From: Octopus bimaculoides
Taxonomy: Eukaryota
Reading direction: 5' to 3'
DNA: 63,981 nucleotides
Assembly: GCF_001194135.2 (NCBI RefSeq)
Contig: NC_068989.1
Span: 3,335,890-3,399,870, forward strand
Positions within the stretch are counted from its first letter, which is position 1, and every line of letters begins with the position of its first letter. Below, piece after piece: positions 26,760-39,039 of the stretch. The position numbers and the translations under genes are program-made. Under the pieces are notes generated by a model, which saw only the letters and a list, made by a program, of their open reading frames with translations, was not told the origin of the DNA and did no database searches.

Positions 26760-27032
26760 TATATGGGATTCTGCATGATTACCATCTACTTCCTCACATC
26801 GATTAGTCCAAGGCTGGCATTGAAGATATTCGTCCAAGGACAGGGAGCACAAGAAACCATGCCAACGAATATGTCACCTATTTGTAACATATCATTTCAC
26901 TAAAAATGTCTCTAAATACCGAATTCTTCACTATCAATAATATTGTTTACCATCGAACTGGTATTGATTAAGATGAGAAACTTAATTGTTTCTAGGTGGT
27001 TTCTCTCTTGGTCAATTTGGCTGTGATTTTAC

Positions 27033-27089
27033 GATGGTTCATTAAGAAATATGGCAAGAGACCAGGGTCCTTAGCTAAGCTTGAATAAT
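27033..27089 (-). CDS. Candidate 57-nt exon YSSLAKDPGLLPYFLMNH
   Basis: Strong acceptor ttttctgctctgttccag|; only one open frame; donor C|gtaaaa. Phase 1-1 fits a join to the 21025 exon. Could instead be terminal (stop at 26992). Confidence 0.45.
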
Positions 27090-27451
27090 CTGGAACAGAG
27101 CAGAAAATACAATTTATTTGAGACTTGTAACAACGAAAATGACGACGACGATGACCACCACCTCTCGCCATTATGATGAGGTTGTGTGTGTGTTTATAAG
27201 TATAAATGTCTATGTGTAAATATATGTGTGTGTGAATGTATGTATCTAAGCACATACGTATATGTGACTTGAGAAATAGTTAAATGAATTAAGTGTTGAA
27301 GATCTGAAACTTTTTTTCTTTGTTGGGGGTTAATAGACGGGGGTCAGTTTATCATGTAAAGACACTGACAAACAAGAATCTGTCCAAATCAATATGTCAT
27401 TCGTTTGATGAAAATATCTTCTGCTTCACAAGTATCTTCTTTTGATTATAG

Positions 27452-27617
27452 GCCAAACGCACCCTGCCCCACCGGTAGCGCTGTTTGCTTTGGCAGACAA
27501 CAAGTCGGCTCACACAAACAGTTATTTTCTATTCTTTCGTCTGTTTATTACTCCTTCTACACACATCCCAGCCACCGTTCTCCCATTGCCCTGCCAAAGG
27601 GCATGCTGGATGCTGAT
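27452..27617 (+). other. Plus-strand exon-like segment of uncertain status
   Basis: Acceptor tatcttcttttgattatag|, donor GAT|gtaagt, two open frames; antisense to the proposed minus-strand gene. Confidence 0.25.
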
Positions 27618-28699
27618 GTAAGTTTTCGCTTTCATTCTCTATCTTCATTTTAAATAACTTTCCTTTGCCCTCTTCCACTAGTTTTCACTTGGAGACAGTT
27701 TGAACTCAGATCCATAACCTTCACTGTTAGATACCCTTTGCTATTCCTTCCTTAGCCCCACTGCAGCAACATATACATATGATGGCTTCTTTCAGTTTCC
27801 GTCAACCAAATCCGCTCACAAGGCTTTGGTAGAAGACATTTGCCCAAGGTACCATGCAGTGGGACTGAACCCAGAACCATGTGGTTGGTTAGCAAGCTAC
27901 TTACCACACAGCCACTCCTGCACCTATAACTTTATATGTGTGTGTGTATTATTTATGTATTTGTTTATATACTTGAATATATTACAATATGGAACTATGT
28001 TTGGATGTACAAATGAGATGAAATGCTGCAGAGATGACTTATTCCCTGCTCGGAATTGGTCTTGTTTTGTTTATACATGTGCACACATACCAGTTCTACT
28101 GGTGTATAAATTGCATCCCTAATTTAGAGTTAAATCACGATGCAAGATATCTTCACTTACTAGGTTTAGCTTTGCCCCACATATAAGTCATTCCTAGTTT
28201 TTAGTTAAAAATCAAATATATAATGTGACTTATACACAAGTAAATACGGTTTGGCACTCTTATTCAAATAGCTTTGGCCTAAACTCTGAAGCAAGTTGGA
28301 GTTAATTGCCTGGCAAAGAAGAAGCTGAAAGTAGGTGAGGTATGTAACCCCCAAACTGAAATCGGCTGACATCAAAACAAAAAACAACAAAAGCAATAAC
28401 TAGAGAAGAAAACATCAATGGAAAAAAGAATCAATGGTCAGGTAAGTAATTCAAGGGAAGAAACTGTTCTGCACCAAGGACATGTCACTGAAGAGTTATT
28501 CTCCTTATACCGACAAAACCTCACGAGCTAATTGGCACGAGGGAGCCTCTACGTAGTCATACAACATGCTAGAAATAGCGGTCTAAGTTTCAGGTTTCAC
28601 ATGATCTTCATGAAAAGAGGAGTGCAATGGCTAAGGTAGCTTCAGATATGCATTTGCTTGAGAGAATATTGATGGAGGGTCATGGATGAAGGATTTTTG

Positions 28700-28739
<40 letters not shown>

Positions 28740-28947
28740 AGGCTGAAACGGAACACACGAGTTGATATGTATTAGGAAAATAAGACGAGGTAGAAAATGC
28801 TAAAATAATTTCATGAAGAACATTTTAGTCTATATGGCTGAGTATTCCATAGATTTACATGCTTAACATAATTTTAAAGTAGAACCAGCATGATACACTG
28901 ATAGAGGAGAGTCCGTCCGACAGACTTCCCCTACAACTTTCCCATAC

Positions 28948-29119
28948 TTGTCGTGGCCTGGAGGTTGTTGGGCTGGGCTGGGTTGTGAGGCGACAGGATA
29001 TGTTGAGGAATGAAAATATGTTTTAGGGCTGCGTTGTAGAAGTAACTGAACAACATTTAACAGATTTCGCGAACATTTGACAGATTTCATTATTGCACAT
29101 AAAGACGAACTACGTTGGT
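28948..29119 (-). CDS. Candidate exon, frame ambiguous (SYFYNAALKHIFIPQHILSPHNPAQPNNLQATT or LLLQRSPKTYF...GHD)
   Basis: Unique, locally GC-richer sequence. Acceptors at 29120 (ttttattgtctgtaaaag) or 29046 (gttgttcag); donor ACAA|gtatgg at 28947. Confidence 0.35.
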
Positions 29120-29702
29120 CTTTTACAGACAATAAAAACAATAATTCCATAAGAGAGGGGGGGGGGAGAGATGGAGAGCGAGAGAGAGATAGAGAGAGAG
29201 ATACTGCTTGGAGTTTGTGGCAAGCTATTGATACGGCAATGTGTGACTTGCCCAACAGAACTAGAAACAATTGTGCTATATTCAGGTTGAATAAATAAAA
29301 CAAACAAAATACATAACCCCTAAAAACTCAACCAATCATTTCATAAGGGTACTCTGCAGCAGTGCTTAACTATCACTTTGACTCCTCCATTTATAGTACC
29401 ACTGGTTCTGACTCCAGCTCCCGTTTGTTATTAGACTAATCACATGCTTCTTATAGAGACCGAAAGCACACAACATACACAGCCAATGTGAACTATCAGG
29501 CTAGATTTTAGCCGTGTTGTTGTCACTTTTATTTTATATCATTTTGTTAAAGTTACAAACAATTACACTTGAGATAAAACTTTAAATTTAAAAACATAAA
29601 AACAAACTTGATAAAAATCAAAAGACTCTAAAGTAAAAAGATAAAGAAACAGACTATAAAAATACTACAAATAAAAATACCCTCAGAAACGTCTTTGTTT
29701 AC

Positions 29703-29762
29703 CAGATCAAGAAGATCAAGTCCAACCAAGCTGAATGCAAAAGCTAGAACACCTAAAGCAAT
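29703..29762 (-). CDS. Candidate 60-nt exon IALGVLAFAFSLVGLDLLDL (transmembrane-like)
   Basis: Acceptor ttttttattag| and donor CTG|gtaaac; phase 0-0; the other two frames have stops. Confidence 0.5.
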
Positions 29763-30007
29763 CTAATAAAAAACTATTATCTGTGAAATTAGTCAAATTA
29801 GTATCTGTGAATGAAATTGGAAATGTTAGTGTGGCATATTACATTTCACATTTAGTCAAAGCTAGAGCTGATACACATTTACAGACTCTGATTCCAGTAA
29901 CCCAATAACTACGACTAACTCAGATTCTACAGACCATCAGGTAGGCTGAGAGCATCTTAGCTTTTTGTCAGCAAGAATGAATTTGAAAGGATAATATTTA
30001 ATGCAGT

Positions 30008-30222
30008 GAAGGTGGTGAGCTGGCAGAACCGTTAGGACGCTGGGCGAAATGCTCAGAAGTATTTCATGTCTTTGTGTTCTGAGTTCAAATTCCGCCGAGG
30101 TCGACTTTGTCTTTCATCCTTTCGGGGTCGATAAATTAAGTACCAGTTATGTACTGGGGTCAATCTAATCGACTGCCCCACCTCCCTAAAACTTTCGGGC
30201 CTTGTGCCTAGAGTAGAAAAGA
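30008..30222 (+). mobile_element. SINE family B
   Basis: Full-length match. Confidence 0.9.
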
Positions 30223-30304
30223 ATATTTAATGCAATGGTTCTCTACCATTTTTTTCTTTTTCTTTTTTTTTTTATCTATGGACCCCTTTGATCCCTTTGA
30301 TTAC

Positions 30305-30330
30305 TATCATCCACAGTGTCACGGCTTCAC
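30305..30330 (-). CDS. Candidate 26-nt micro-exon, (G)EAVTLWMI
   Basis: Very strong acceptor ccttttttttcttttcag| and donor |gtaatc. Ends in phase 0, matching the 29703-29762 exon and giving a continuous hydrophobic stretch. Confidence 0.45.
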
Positions 30331-31749
30331 CTGAAAAGAAAAAAAGGCTAAGACACCACGGACAGAATGGTACCTCTCAGACATGTGTCCCTTCCCCCTG
30401 GGGCTGAGTAATAGACATTTCAAAAACGTCCATCCTCTCTGCCCCACCCTGGGTGCTGAGAGAAGCCTTGAAAGTCTGTGTTTAGCTTTCATGGTGTTAT
30501 GTAAATGGGAAAAAATATCATTGGAAAAATACTTAATCCATCACAGGAAATATTCTCAGATAAGCAGATCCCTATTCTCAAGAGTCAAGTAAACTAGATG
30601 TGGTCTGCCCTAAAATATGATGAAGAACCTTCAAGGGGGTTTCGAACTCATGACCTGTAAGTTTGTAGTCCAATGACTTATCCTCAGGCCCATTCATTCT
30701 CACCACAGCAACAATTGATGGAAAATGATGCAGTAATGATAGACATTATAGTAAATATGTTGTTATATGAAGAGAGAGAGAGAGAAGAGAAGAGAAAGGG
30801 AACAGAAAGGGGAGAAAAAGCAGAGAAGAACGAAAAAGAAAAAGAGAGAAATAAAGAAAAATATATGAAAAGAAAATAGAGAGTAAATAGCCAGTAATTG
30901 AATGCAATCAATATGCTTTATATATCTATATCTATATATATAATAAGAGATGCAACTGTCTAGAGGAATAAGCTGGGCAATGCCTGTTCAAATATATATA
31001 TTCTATAAACAAAGTACAAATTGTAGCAATTTAGAGAAGCTATATATATAAGCACAGTGCTACATCTCTCTTTCCATCCCCCATCTCTCTTTTTTACACA
31101 CACACCTGTTGGTGAGCCTGTCAAGTTTCTATGCACGCATAAAGACATATTTTACCACTCAGTATCACTAGAAAGCTGTATATAAATATACATGAATCTA
31201 ATCAGCATGTGTGTGTGTATCATTATCATCATTGTTTAACATCCATTTTCCATGCTGTCATGGGTTCGCTGGTTTGACTGGGTTCTGGGAAGCCAGGAGG
31301 CTGCACCAAGCTCCAATCTAATCTGGCAGTGTTTCTACAGCTGGATGCCCTTCCTAATGCCAACCACTCCAAGAGTGTAGTGGGTGCTTTTTACATGCCA
31401 CCGGCACAGGGGCCAGAGGAGCTGGCATCGGTTACGTTCAGATGGTGCTTTTTACATGCTACTGGCACAGGGGTCACAACTATAATTTCCATTTGATTTG
31501 ATTTCAATATTGATGTTATGTCAAAGTACTTGACTCAAAAGGTCTCCTCAAGCACAGCATGTTGCCCTACAATCCAAGGTACTTTTGAGTGGGCTGGTTA
31601 TGCGACACTGGTGTAGGCTACAGCTGTGAACTTTATTTGCTGGGTCTTCTCAGTCACACCATACCTCCAGAGGTCTCAGTCTTTTGTCATTGCCTCTGTG
31701 AGGCCCTTATATATATATATATATGATGATGGATTCTCTTGCTGTGAAT

Positions 31750-32200
31750 GACAAATGAGGGTTCAGTAAAATAAAGCAGTAATCATGTTCCATTGACATG
31801 AATGTGTCTCTTGAGGCCTGCTGGTGCCTTGCAAACCTTTTGGCAAAGGGAACAAGTTGAGGAATCAGTTTGCTCTAGTGCTTGTGAAGCATTTACTATG
31901 TGTTTTCTTGAGTGGATGGCAAGGCCTGCTTTGCGTCATGCTGCAGATCTATTATGACAGGTAAGGTTTCCATTTAGAAGAGCAGCATTTTGCCAGTGAA
32001 CAAAGTTGGTCCCGGAATTGAAACTGACTTTGCTCAAATCTTTGAACTGAAGAGAAGCAAGACTGGTGCCAAGTCCTCTCTTCTGATGCTTTGTTTTCCC
32101 AGGAAGAAAAAGGAATGTTGCATTGCTTCAGATTGTCTTTCAGTTTATCTTTGAAGTGCAAGAGTGGTCTTCCAATTGACCTTCCTATGCATATAACATA
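31750..32200 (-). mobile_element. RTE-clade LINE ORF2 C-terminal remnant
   Basis: GRSIGRPLLHFKDKLKDNLKQCNIPFSSWENKASEERTWHQ matches the RTE GxRxxGRPxxRxKDxxKxxLK...WExxAxxRxxW tail motif. Confidence 0.8.
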
Positions 32201-32294
32201 ATCTAATGCCTGTTTTCCATGCTGGCATGGGTTGGACAGGTTGACTGGAGCTGGTATGGCCAGGGGCCTGCATTGGCCCCTATTGTCTGTTCTG

Positions 32295-32427
32295 GCATGG
32301 TTTCTCACAAGGCTTTGGTTGGCCAAAGGCTATGGTAAAAAACACTTGCCCAAGGTGCCATGCAGTGGGACTGAACCCGCAACCATGTGGTTGGTAAACA
32401 AGCTTCTTACCACACAGCCACTCCTGC

Positions 32428-32469
<42 letters not shown>

Positions 32470-32698
32470 TTGTGCCTGCCTGTCTTTGTGCTTGTGTCCC
32501 CCCCTCCACCATTGCTAAACAACCAATGTTGGAGTGTTTATGTCCCTGCAACTTATCAATTCAGCAAAAGTGACTGAAAGAATAATTACCAAACTTAATT
32601 AAAAAATAATTCCTGGGGTTGATTCATTCCACTAAAAATTCTTCAAGGTGGTGCCCCAGCATGGCCGCAGTGAAATGACTGAAACAAGTAAAAGATAA
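32295..32698. mobile_element. SINE A with inverted head
   Basis: Head on minus (32295-32430) joined through (TA)n to a plus-strand tail (32465-32698). Confidence 0.75.
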
Positions 32699-33689
32699 AC
32701 ACATACACAGACATTCACTCCGTGTATATAAAATAGCAGTGTCCAACTTTATACACATGTATATACGAAGAGGCATTATGTATATTAAATGTACACACAC
32801 ACATACACACACATGCATTGATTTCTGTAAAAAGTATAAACACACACACACACTGAACAGATTCACAACTATACATACATACAGAGAGGTTTATATACTA
32901 TGAAAAACAGAATCTAACTGCTCATAAGATGAAGTGATAACACACACACATACATACATACATACATACATACATACATACACACACTGTAATACAATAT
33001 ATAGATTGTAAACATGCACATATAAAAGCTGCATCTATAAATATTGGGAAGCCACACACACATAGATGCAATATTTGATATGCATTATGCACATATGCAA
33101 ACAAGTGCACACACATCTGCACACATCTTCACCTATATTCTCTCTCTCACACACACACAATATAATATATTCATTCACTTTTTCTCTATCACACACACAC
33201 ACACACACACATTCTCTCACACTTTCTCTCTCTCTCTCTCACACACACAAACGCATACATATGTGCACAGACCAATGCCACACGTGTATGTACATGCCTT
33301 ACAAATGCATCAGTTTATTGAACAGGAGAAGTTAGTAAACGTTAACAGATCAGAAGTGAACGACTTTTTGAGATTTAGACAAAGCAGAGAGGTATTGATT
33401 GAATATTCCCAGGCATATGATGTTGGAACCGTTCTCTCAGACATTTTTGCATTCCACCACACTAACACCATCACCACCACCACCATTGCTACCACCACTA
33501 CCACCACCACCACAGCATCTGCCAATACATCTGTGATCACTATCACCGTCATTACCACCACCACCTTCGTTTCTGTGACCACTATCACCACTGCAGCCAT
33601 CACTGCCACCACCTCTATTTCTGACTTTACTACAACTACCACCAATACTATTAGCAATAGAAATACCATCAACCAACCACAAGATTCCA

Positions 33690-34050
33690 GGTTCAGTCCT
33701 ACCATGTGTTACCTTGGGCTTGTGTCTTCTACTATAGCCTTGGGCCAACGAAAGCCCTATGAATGGATTTGGGAAATGGAAACTGAAAGAAGCCCATCAT
33801 GTAAATATATATATATATATACATATACATACATATGTGCGTGTCTGTGTCAGTACTTGTCCTCCCCCCACGCCACTGCTTGACAACCGGTGTTGGTGTG
33901 TTTAGATCCACATGATTTAGAGACTGATAGAATAAGTACCAGGGTTAAAAAAAAAACGTAAGTCCTGGGGATGATTTGTTCAATTACAAATACTTCGAGG
34001 TGGTGCTCCAGCATGGCCACAGTCTAATTACTGAAGCAAATGAAAATAAA
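33690..34050 (+). mobile_element. SINE family A, diverged
   Basis: Head and tail motifs present. Confidence 0.8.
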
Positions 34051-34399
34051 TGTCACCACCACCACCACCAACCAACAGTTTTATTAACAATACTCCATTT
34101 TCATCACCCCTGTATTACTTCTACAACCACCACGACCACGACCACCACCACTAACAATAGCACAACACTACCACCACCACCACATCTAGCCATCAACATT
34201 ATCATAAGTACTACAACACCATGACCACCACCATTGTCAGTTACCAACATTATCAACTCCGACTCCTACCACGACCATCCCTAGCCATCAACATCATTAC
34301 TTTCATGGTATCAGTAACATCACCTAAGCCACCACCACCACCACCACCACCACCACTACCGCCACTTCAATTAGCCAAAAGTTAGCTGTGGTGGTAGTA

Positions 34400-34900
34400 G
34401 AGACAATAAGGGTCTTCACATGGTTGTCAAACATGCTAGAAATAACAGCTGAAAAATTTCTCAAAAAATAATAACCTGCATCTTAAAATACAGAAAGAAT
34501 ACACAGGATAATGTAGTCATGAATATCTCTGAAAAGATGGGATGGTTATGGCTGGAGTGCCTCTGATGACAAGTCTACTCAGAGCTGACCCGGGGTTAAA
34601 CAACTGTACCAGTTGTATCATTACCATCACCTACCATTCACAGTGGTGTGTGCTGACAGCCTTACCACTGCACCATTCCAAGTTGACGAGGGTCTAAATA
34701 TTCACTTGACCTGCTAGAAATAGCAACCAAATGCCCTTCAGATCACATCATATGTTACCTCAGTAATGGACATGTTTTAGATTAGGGGTCCTGATTTCCT
34801 AGCATGTAGTGGGGGGGGGGAAAGACCGGCTGGTCATGGCTGGAAAGCCTTCGATCATAGATCCGCTTGACCAGTGTTGACCTGGGGCTAAACAACAGCT
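34400..34900 (+). mobile_element. Two tandem copies of repeat family D (cctgctagaaatagcagccaaat ... gacctggggctaaacaac)
   Basis: Same motif chain at ~2195, 3900, 6480, 13760, 15675, 36770, 43960, 52340, 54590 and inverted at 60850-61020; the (CAA)n-like end suggests a retroposon tail. Confidence 0.7.
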
Positions 34901-35479
34901 TTGCAACATCCCAACTATTGCCAACACTTTAAATCCTCATCATCATCATCATCATTTCANNNNNNNNNNNNNNNNNNNNNNNNNNNNNNNNNNNNNNNNN
35001 NNNNNNNNNNNNNNNNNNNNNNNNNNNNNNNNNNNNNNNNNNNNNNNNNNNNNNNNNNNNNNNNNNNNNNNNNNNNNNNNNNNNNNNNNNNNNNNNNNNN
35101 NNNNNNNNNNNNNNNNNNNNNNNNNNNNNNNNNNNNNNNNNNNNNNNNNNNNNNNNNNNNNNNNNNNNNNNNNNNNNNNNNNNNNNNNNNNNNNNNNNNN
35201 NNNNNNNNNNNNNNNNACTACTAACACCACCACCACCACCACCACCACTACCACCACCGCCGCCGCCGCCACCGACAACAACATGGTAAATAAAGACGTA
35301 ATTGCCACCACTACTCGTGCTATTAATATTGTAGCCAACACCTTTAACACAGTGCAATGTTGTAGCCAACAACACCAACACCAACAACATCACAATCACT
35401 TGCATAGAGTCACTATGACAGAGCCTCAAAGTTGTAGCTCGGTCTGCTAGAAAGAGTAGCCAAATTACACCCTAATGTT

Positions 35480-35790
35480 CTGAAATGATGCTCCATCGGT
35501 CACAACAATGAGGGTTCCAGTTGACCCGATTAACAGAACAGCCTGCTTGTGAAATTAATGTGTAAGTGGCTGAGTACTCCACAGACACACCCTTAATGTA
35601 GTTCACAAGGAGATTCAGCATGACACAATGTGTGACAAGGTTGGCCCTTTGAAATACAGGTACAACTCTTTTTAGCAAGCTAATTAGATTGGAGCAATGT
35701 GAGGTAATTGTCTTGGTCAATGACACGATGCATGACCAGGAATTGAACTCATGACCTTACGATCATGTGCCAAATACCCTAACCACCAAA
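35480..35790 (-). mobile_element. Additional tRNA-headed SINE family
   Basis: Reverse tRNA-like head gaattgaactcatgaccttacgatc...ccctaaccac near 35740-35790 with a distinct body. Confidence 0.6.
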
Positions 35791-36487
35791 CTACACACCC
35801 GAATGCTCCACATAAGGATAAGACACATCAGGTACTGAAGTCCTGAATAATCTTAAAATAAAGAATGGTTGACCTGGTGCTAAACAACAATACTAAAGCT
35901 GACTACCTGAATACCATGAGACAATACTTAATCGGTCAGTTCACCTCTATGTAGACACCTGACCCTTCTAAAAGTAGCAGCCACATTTCCCTCAAGCTAC
36001 ATTTTACAACACTTCACATTCGATAATAATGATCCTGGGTTTCCTGTACACAGAAAACAGATGGTCGAGTCAGAGTGGAATGGATTTTTTTTCTCATAAA
36101 GTCTTCTGCATCAGGGCTGACCTGAGGTTAACCAACAAGGAACCAGTGTTGGTTTGTTTGCATCCCTTAACTTAGCAGTTTGGCAAAAGAGTTTAATGGA
36201 ATAAGTACTGGGGTTGATTTGTTAGACCAAACCCTGCAAAGTAGACCCCAGCATGGGTGAAGTTCAATGACCAAAACAAGACAAAGATAGGAGACAATTA
36301 GATAATGTAGTCATAGATGTAAAGTGCCAAAATATGATGAGATGGTCATGGTTGGAATGCTTTGGTCATCAATTTGTTTGGCTGTAACTCACTTAAAACT
36401 ATACAACAGTTCTTGGAATCTTTCGAAATCACAGAATCTACTCTCAGACTCTAAGAACTCTCAAAGACAAGTGCTGGCCCATGGATA

Positions 36488-36690
36488 CTCTTTTACTCGT
36501 TTCAGTCACTTGAGTGTGGCCATGCTGTAGCACATCCTTTAGTTGAACAAATCAACCCCATGACTTACTCTTTGTAAGCTTAGTACTTATTCTATTGGTC
36601 TCTCTTGCCGAACCGCTAAGTTATGGGGACGTAAACACACACCAACATTGGTTGTCAAGTGATGGTGGGGGGACAAACACAGACACACAA
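36488..36690 (-). mobile_element. SINE family A tail
   Basis: Reverse-complement tail motif. Confidence 0.85.
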
Positions 36691-37237
36691 ATACATGCAG
36701 AGAGGCATCACAACAATAAAACAAACACAAAAAAACAAAGGAACCTCAACATGGTCATGCAACTTGCTAGAAGTAGCAGTTAAATCTTGGATAAAGGAAG
36801 GATATTTTGGACATGGTAGGCCTAAATATAAAAACAAAACAAAGTGGTCATGTCTGGAATGCCTTCCATCAGAATTCACTTGTTTTAATAGCAACAGCAA
36901 CATCACTTACCACCACCACCACCACCAGCAGCAGCAGCAGCAGCAGCAAAGTAATCACCAGGATCTGAATTGCTATTCTCATCTTAATAAAGGTATGGAT
37001 GTGGGNNNNNNNNNNNNNNNNNNNNNNNNNNNNNNNNNNNNNNNNNNNNNNNNNNNNNNNNNNNNNNNNNNNNNNNNNGGAGAGGAGGAGAGAGATCTAC
37101 TCGTATCACACACACACACACTCCTGTAATTTGCAAACTTGTCTTCGTCTCCTTCTTGAGAGGAGGGACAGGTAAGTAGATGGAGAACATTTTAAGAAAT
37201 TAACAGGAAGTGGAACAAAAGATAATGATACACACAC

Positions 37238-37281
<44 letters not shown>

Positions 37282-37955
37282 GATGATGATGAGAGAGAGA
37301 GATGCACACTTTTCTTTCCCATGCACAAAAATGTGTGTGTGTGTGTGTCAATGCACAAATGCATAAACAGTATCCGCCAGTGTTTTATACAAGAGACATC
37401 AGAAGCTGTTCTGCGATGCATTTAACAGGAGCAAATGCAGGCACTGAGCAGGTGAGTCTGTAGCCTAAACAGGTTGCCGTGGTGTGTCAGAAGGAGAGGA
37501 GGCAGGTTCAATATTCAAGCTGCCTGATGGAGGACAGATTCGTCTTTGCATAGCTTCGGTAATCGAAGTAGGAAAGTAGTTTTGCCACCATCACCATCAC
37601 CATCACTATTAACAAGCCAACAAGAGAAGCAAGAAGAAACAGCCAAATTTGGATCACCATGCGCTTCCATCAACACTCATTAGATTATTTAGTCCTACAT
37701 ACTTCATAAATGATGCAATGATCACATCTGGGATGTATTTAACCACAGGATTGCATAACCATTGCTGACTTGGGTGGGGTGGGTGGTAAAATGACAACAA
37801 AAAGACAAGAGGTCGAGGCTGGAATAGAATGCCTTAGGTAAGTCTGCATGATCAAAGCTGACCTTGGGCTAAACAAAGAATAAAACAACCATGGAATCAA
37901 AGAGGAGTCTGCTTTTTTGTTCAGTTAAGCTAACTGGATCAAAAAGTGTCTTTAA

Positions 37956-38176
37956 CCCTTTCGTTATTGTATTTCTGTTGAGATGCTCTGTGTTTCTTTC
38001 AATTAATTTTAAATATAACAAAGAATTTAGTAAAATAAATTAGTTATCATTCAGCTGGTGTCAGGAACATAAATTGTGACTAAGTTTTGGTGGAAGATTT
38101 TAATTCAAAACTTATGAAAACAAGACATTTGCAGTCATAGCCGGAGCTGGTTTCAGCCGGATTGGTAACGAAAGGG
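37956..38176. mobile_element. piggyBac-type MITE, family 1
   Basis: TTAA TSDs; TIR ccctttcgtta / taacgaaaggg; closely similar to 20152-20372. Confidence 0.85.
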
Positions 38177-38600
38177 TTAAAGCATGTTCATCAAACAGAC
38201 AAAGACCTGAATTGTATGTAAGTATCATCGTCGTTTAACGTCCGTTTTTCCCGCTGGCATGGGTTGGATGGTTTGATTGAAAACTGGTAAGCTGCACCAG
38301 GTTTCAATCTGATACATATATGAAATGTGGTCGTGTACAAAGTACTGGAGTTGGTGCCATGTAAGAAGCACCCAGCACACTCTGCAAAGTGGTTAGCAAT
38401 AGGAAAGGGATCAGGGTGTAGAAACCATGCCAAAACAGACAATGCAATGTGGTGTGGCTCCTGGCCTAGCCAGCTCCTGTCACACCTTCAAACCCAAGAC
38501 GGTAAGGACCCTGCCCCCCAATGATAATGATGATGTCGTATATGAGATGATAAGACCCACGGCAGTCCTTTAAAACAAATATCCAAAATTCTGTGTGTGG

Positions 38601-38673
<73 letters not shown>

Positions 38674-38990
38674 NNNNNNNNNNAGAGAAAGAGAGAAAGG
38701 GAGAGAGAGAGAAAGAGAGAAAGAGAGAGAGAGAGAACAAGAGAGAGATAGATAGCATTTACCTCTGTGATTCTTGTGCATGAAGTGTTATACTACATGT
38801 TAGTGAAATGCGAGCATTGAATGCAGCAGAAGATGTATGACAGGTGGAAACAAATGGGGTGGGGTACACGCTCTGCTACACGTGTGATGTGTGTGTGAGA
38901 GTATAAACATGAATGCGAATGCAGACATACGCAGCACAGACACACCCATGTGTATAAGAGCGAAAGAGACAAGCCATTATATTTGCTTAC

Positions 38991-39039
38991 CTTCAGTTTT
39001 CCATGCATTTAAGAATTAATCAATGTAATGAACACTTAC
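38991..39039 (-). other. 49-nt exon starting with GTAAGT (recursive-splice-type or 5'UTR/start exon ending ATG-MHGKLK)
   Basis: Long pyrimidine tract + ttttcag|GTAAGT, then a second donor GAAG|gtaagc 49 nt later; stops in all three frames upstream of the ATG. Confidence 0.45.

Larger units (their letters stand above)
26575..27926 (-). mobile_element. Two SINE A head-only copies (26575-26705 and 27781-27926)
   Basis: ttctttcagtttccgtc..ccaaatcc.ctcacaaggctttgg... motif flanked by (TA)n. Confidence 0.85.
33450..35400. repeat. Degenerate (CAC/ACC/CAT)n low-complexity tracts interleaved with repeats and a gap
   Basis: Produces the spurious Thr/His/Val-rich ORFs. Confidence 0.85.

Noticed and set aside
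33044-33883. 279-aa Thr-rich, mucin-like ORF
   Set aside because: Built from (CA)n, (ACC)n and a SINE A copy, which lack stops by composition.
37770-37790. G-quadruplex-like G runs (also ~42268 and ~56390)
   Set aside because: Common in this low-complexity genome; no contextual support.
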